In this document: piece by piece, positions 59,471-64,000 of the stretch
Layout: each line of letters opens with the position of its first letter
How positions within the stretch are numbered: the stretch's first letter is position 1
NCBI RefSeq assembly: GCF_018977255.1
Contig: NW_024704762.1
Coordinates: 2,108,001 to 2,172,000, forward strand
Origin: Callorhinchus milii
Lineage: Eukaryota
Reading direction: 5' to 3'
DNA: 64,000 nt
The notes under the pieces: generated by a model
What the model was told of the DNA's origin: nothing
Databases searched by the model: none
What the model saw: only the letters and a program-made list of their open reading frames with translations
Translations under genes and position numbers: made by a program

Positions 59471-61024
59471 GGCAGGAAGTTGGCAGGTATATGAAGGATA
59501 GAGGCTTGAAGGAGAATGGAGATAGGGCAGTGCGATTGAATGGACATTCATTGATTGAATGGGCTAAATGGTTTTCCTTCTATAAGTTTGTATAATTGTA
59601 TGATTTATTGATAAACTCTGGGGCTGTGGGCTCCAGCCGTTGAGGACGGAAGATAGAGACACAAAACCAAAGGTATAAAAAGGGAATGGGGAGTAAGAGC
59701 GGGAGGTTTGGGCCATGAAAAGACACTGGCTTGGCTCGGTCACAGAGCTCTGGGTCACAGGGTTGTGGGTTCAAGCCCCACATACAACAAGTTGCTTTTT
59801 GTATAGATTCACATAGAATAAAGTTGGAGACCATTTTCTCACAGTCTGAGGGGACAACCCAGTGCAGAGCTGAGAGGGTGCAGCGTTGTTGAATCTATGG
59901 AACTGCATCCCATCAGGAGGAAAAGAAAGCCAACTTTTTCGGGAGAGGAGATTAAAATATGAAATGCAATAAAAACTGAACCCTCATACCACAGCTGTTT
60001 GTGGGACATGATAATGTGCAAATTTGCTGCTGTGTTCCTGTGAAGCTTCTTGAGTTATCTTGACGATGTGATGAAATTCTGACATCAAATGCAAGAAGAA
60101 ATTGGAAGAGAGACATTGACAAAAAAAAATATTTTGGGTTTTGGTGTTTATTCGCTGGCATTAATATTCAAATACTGAAGACATTTGAGTATTTGTGGTG
60201 CTGTTTTGCTGGTGGTTGTTTCTGTGTCGCAGTGCGATAGCTGAACATGTACCCAAACCAGCCAGCCCTGGGGAGACTGAAAATCCCAGACCTGTTCACA
60301 GTCCAACAGTTAAAGAAGATGTACCGGTTTAATAGTGTATTGTTGTGTCTGTTGGCTCCTTCCGAGAGAGCAATTTCCATGGAGCTCTGGTGTGTGGAGT
60401 ATTTCCGCAGTAAAATTAAATGAAGCTTCTGCTTTCAGAGTTTTAAATGATTTGAGAGTGTTTATTGAAAGAGCAAACTGGGTTTTAATGGTGCAGGGCT
60501 GCTTATTTAAATAGCACCTAGGATTCTAATAGCTGAAGGTCCCATATTGAGTCAACATTCGCAGTGCGAAGCAGTGTTAATTGACACTAATGTGCAATGA
60601 AAAACGTTGAGGTGGAAAAAAATAACACAGGTGTCACCAGAGAGAGAGAGAGTGAACAAGAAGCAGGAAGAGAGAGAGAAATCAGAGAGAGAGAGGGAGA
60701 GGGAGAGAAAGACAGCCACTAACACAAAATGTAGTTGATAGATTCTGCTGGAAGATGGAGCTCTGTATTTGGAACATCAAAGAGGCAACTGGAATCAGTT
60801 CATACCGCTTTCAATACAAGGTCAGATACACCTTTGAGGCCTTTAGTGAAGACAAATTGCGCTTCAGTGCTGAATTGACTTCAAACAATGCTCTGTGTTA
60901 TTTCATCTTCAAACGCTTTCCACTCAGGGGAAGGAACGCCTTCCGCCTCTCTCCTCATCTTGATCACAGACCAGTATTTCCACCCAGCTCTCCTACCCAC
61001 TCCGTTTCCGAGCCAACCCGCCTT

Positions 61025-61352
61025 TGAGCTCACAGTCTAGGCTGATGCTCCAATACAGCTCTGATTGTTGGGAGGTGCCGTCCTTCGGCTGAGATGTTAA
61101 ACCGAGGTCCCGTCTGTCTGTTCAGGTGGACGTTAAAGATCCCACTGTGCTATTCGGAAAGAGAAGGGAGTGTCTCTCTCACGGTGTCTTGGCCAACACT
61201 CCCCACACATAACATAGCTGTTTGTGCTGTGTTCAAATTGGCTGCTGCATTCACTTACGAAAATCACAGTCACTACTCTCTACAGTAAATCCGGTGAAGC
61301 GCTTTGAGGAAGTGTTCTGACGCGAAAGGCTCAAAATCAGAATTATTATTAT
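61025..61352 (+). mobile_element. Deu-domain SINE (family B)
   Basis: GGAGGTGCCGTCCTTCGGCTGAGATGTTAAACCGAGGTCCCGTCTG block and tail. Confidence 0.87.
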
Positions 61353-61429
61353 TTTTAAAGGTGAGAAAGTGACTGATCCAAGCTGGCACCTGATATCTTT
61401 ACTCGCTCTGACCTGATATCTTTACTCTC

Positions 61430-61507
61430 AAATCTCTGACTGTCCAACACCTTGGGATGTCCTCCTGACATGAAAGCCGCTCCACAAATGTAATGTGTTT
61501 TTGTTGT
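61430..61507 (+). mobile_element. Short L2 3' end with a ~16-bp TSD
   Basis: TGATATCTTTACTCTC (61414) and TGATATCTTTCCTCTC (61508) flank the stem-loop and TTG tail. Confidence 0.78.
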
Positions 61508-62094
61508 TGATATCTTTCCTCTCTACCCCCCAAAGTATGCCAAGGAATGTAATTGTCAGCACATCAGCTCTTCAGAAATTCGACAGCTACACATTTCTTA
61601 ATAAGAAATACCGCAAATGAGACCCCTCTGTGACTGTCTAATGGAAGGAGACAGGAGATGTGATTTCTCTGTGGAGTTAATGTACAAACTGTTTACTTTG
61701 CTTCACTAACACGGCTGCCAATTAAAAAGAAAGCGGGTGAGCCTGCGAGCCACGGGCAAGGCTTTGAAGATTGAACGTTCTGTCTTATGTATGTATTTCG
61801 GAGGCTTTTCTTTTTTAGCTTCCAATTTATTTTTGGTTGAATGTGCCTGTTTGTCTCAAAACCAAACGGTTCCTTGCGAGCAAAGAGCATCAGGAAACCG
61901 TCTCATGATACTGTTTGTGTCTAGCTTTATAAACCTGATTAAAGCAGGGTCGTGAGCCAAGGCGAGGGACAATGAGGATGTGATTAGCTGAGAGGCACGG
62001 GATACTCAAAGTCAAGTGATGAAGGAGGTGAGGAGACCTATAGCATGTAGAAGGAAGAGCTCTTGCGCTCTGCTTCCTTGTTATAAAAATATAA

Positions 62095-62350
62095 ATAATA
62101 ATAATAATCCTTGCATTTGCTATAGCGCTCTTCACGTCTTCGAGACGTCTCAAAGTACTTCACAGAATAGACTGTAAAGTGAATTGTGTATTTATGGGTG
62201 AAACGCAGCAGCCAATTGTACACAGCAGTGTCCCACAAACAGTCATTGATTGAGCGACCAAATCTTATTTATTATCATTTTTTCTTTTTTTTTCTTGAGG
62301 GATTATGATCAGGCGTGTGGAGTGAGGAAACTTGCCCAAGGTTTCGCCCT
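62095..62350 (-). mobile_element. SINE family A, 5'-truncated
   Basis: Tail and body on the minus strand, to CTTGCCCAAGGTTTCGCCC. Confidence 0.85.
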
Positions 62351-62504
62351 TTCATCTTTATCCATGCTAATCTGGGAGGACTCCTGTGGGAGGATTCCTT
62401 TTGGGACGACTCAGTGGGAGGACTCAGCGCTTTAAAAATAAAATTTTATTGTTGTTGCCGCGGCTTAGCTTCTTCTGTGTTCTTTATTTTGGTGGAGTGT
62501 GCAC

Positions 62505-63020
62505 CATCCCAGGATGCACACTCCACCTTATTAAGCCAGTCCAGATCTTGTTTGACCCTCAACTAACTTTTCTATCCCACATCCGTGCCATGACCCGCTC
62601 ACCTGCAAAGCCCTCCATGGTCCTTCTCCCCCTTCCTCTGCGACCTTCTAATCCCCTACCAACCTGCCCGCTCCCTCTGCTCAGCGGTCTCCGGCCTGCT
62701 TCACATCCCCCGCCTCGCCCACCCCATCATTGGCGGGTGGGCTTACAGCCACTCTGCCCCCACCCTCTGGAATTCCATCCCGTAGTCCCTCCGCCTTGCC
62801 CCCTCCCTTGCCTACTTCAAGACCCATCTCAAGACTGTCCTCTTTGACCGTGCCTTCGATCATCCTCCTTTTCCTCCCACTCCACTCTCCAACCCCCAAC
62901 CCCTCCTCCCTGATCCCAACCCCCAGCTCGGGTCCGAAACACTGATTATCCAGTGCCTTAGGACGTCCTCCCAACGTGAAAGGCGCTATACCATTGTAAT
63001 TTTGCTGTTGTTATTTTGTT
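62505..63020 (+). mobile_element. L2 LINE 3' portion, internally deleted
   Basis: GCTLHLIKPV, LFDPQLTFLSHIR, LWNSIP and FKTHLKTVLFDRAF motifs; stem-loop and tail. Confidence 0.88.
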
Positions 63021-63809
63021 GCTGCGCTTGGCTTGGCTACATGTGTGCTCTGTGACGCCACTTTGACTCGCCAGCCACCAGGACTAACTGCAGTGAAAAA
63101 CGCAAAACTGAAAATAACTCATGAACGCTACCAGAAACCAAATATGCCCATGTCACTCCCACTGCAAGACCTTTCCGATGAGGTCTAAGTCCATTATTGA
63201 GATCCTTCTTGAAGCACAGACAGACATTGTCATTTTATTAGTAATGAAGAAGATATAGAAACTCTTTATAATATAATGTATATAAACTATATGACATATA
63301 TGATTCCCTGGCATTATCTTATGTTTATCTCTAATCCACTTCACCATCCCCTCTGATTGTCAGTCCATTTATTCATGACTTTCTGAAACAAATCTGTGTC
63401 AAAATCATAAACCATTAAATAAGAAACAAAAGCCCCTCATTGTGGACGACTTGGGAACAGCTGTGAGGAGCTCATTAACCTGATCTGTCGGGTGAGCTCC
63501 GTGTAACAAGCCAGTGGTTAGCCCCGTGTCCAGTCTGATTAACACAAGGCCGTCAGTTGGTTGGCATCCAATGTTGATGGTATTGAAACAGATTGGGTAC
63601 TTTGTGGGTAGGAGAGAAAGAAGCAGATAGAGGAGAGACGGAACGACAACAACAACAACAACAACCTGCATTTATATAGGGCCCCTCACGCCGGGTAGCA
63701 TCCCAGAACGCTTAACAGTGGCAGAGTCTGACCCCGAGCCAGTCAGAGAGGGAGGGGACAGGTGACAGTGGATCTTGAAGTCCATCCATTCAGAAATTGG
63801 GAGCCTGAA

Positions 63810-64000
63810 AACAAGAGAGGGAAAGGGAAAAGAGGGCACCAAAGAGGAGAGGAGAAAGAGAAGAGAGGGAACGAGACAGGGAAACAGAAAGGGAGGAAGA
63901 GAGAGGGAAGGAGAAAAAGGAAGGGAGGGGGGAGAGAAAGTGCACGAGAGAGGGACGCGAGGAGAGATGGAGGTAAAAAGAGAAGGATGAAGAGAGGGAA
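63810..64000. repeat. Purine (GA)-rich low-complexity tract
   Basis: Seen directly. Confidence 0.85.

Noticed and set aside
60233..60423. Plus-strand exon or 58-aa ORF (MYPNQPALGRLKIP...)
   Set aside because: No recognisable homology and no consensus donor.
1..64000. CRISPR array or prokaryotic operon
   Set aside because: The recurring 30-60 bp motifs are irregularly spaced parts of SINEs and LINEs in both orientations. The DNA is vertebrate-like with no gene-dense region.

Overview
Eukaryotic, repeat-dense, essentially non-coding vertebrate DNA, either a large intron or an intergenic region. The repeat content points to a cartilaginous fish, plausibly a chimaera or elephant shark; this is inference from recalled consensus sequences, not a search. 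The content is: L2 LINEs with (TTG)n tails, CR1 LINE remnants, SacSINE1-like Deu-domain SINEs ('family B'), tRNA-Ala-headed SINEs with an L2 tail ('family A'), AmnSINE2-like fragments and a Penelope-type palindrome. No host protein-coding gene could be recognised with confidence. The long ORFs in the track come from a 3.5-kb (GTT/GCT)n array and other simple repeats, and the only clear protein homology is LINE reverse transcriptase. Points of interest: (1) a young, stop-free, 5'-truncated L2 sitting inside a giant GTT/GCT array that has an internal ~1.55-kb duplication; (2) a ~250-bp palindromic element with a perfect 16-bp target-site duplication and a degenerate hammerhead-ribozyme core in each arm; (3) an apparently chimeric SINE with a young internally deleted subfamily whose tail matches the young L2; (4) an unidentified dispersed repeat of ~380 bp; (5) a speculative chain of four phase-compatible minus-strand exons; (6) several homeobox/POU-motif-rich unique islands that look like enhancers. 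I see no firm evidence of a wholly new biological system. Repeat boundaries were read by eye and are approximate.
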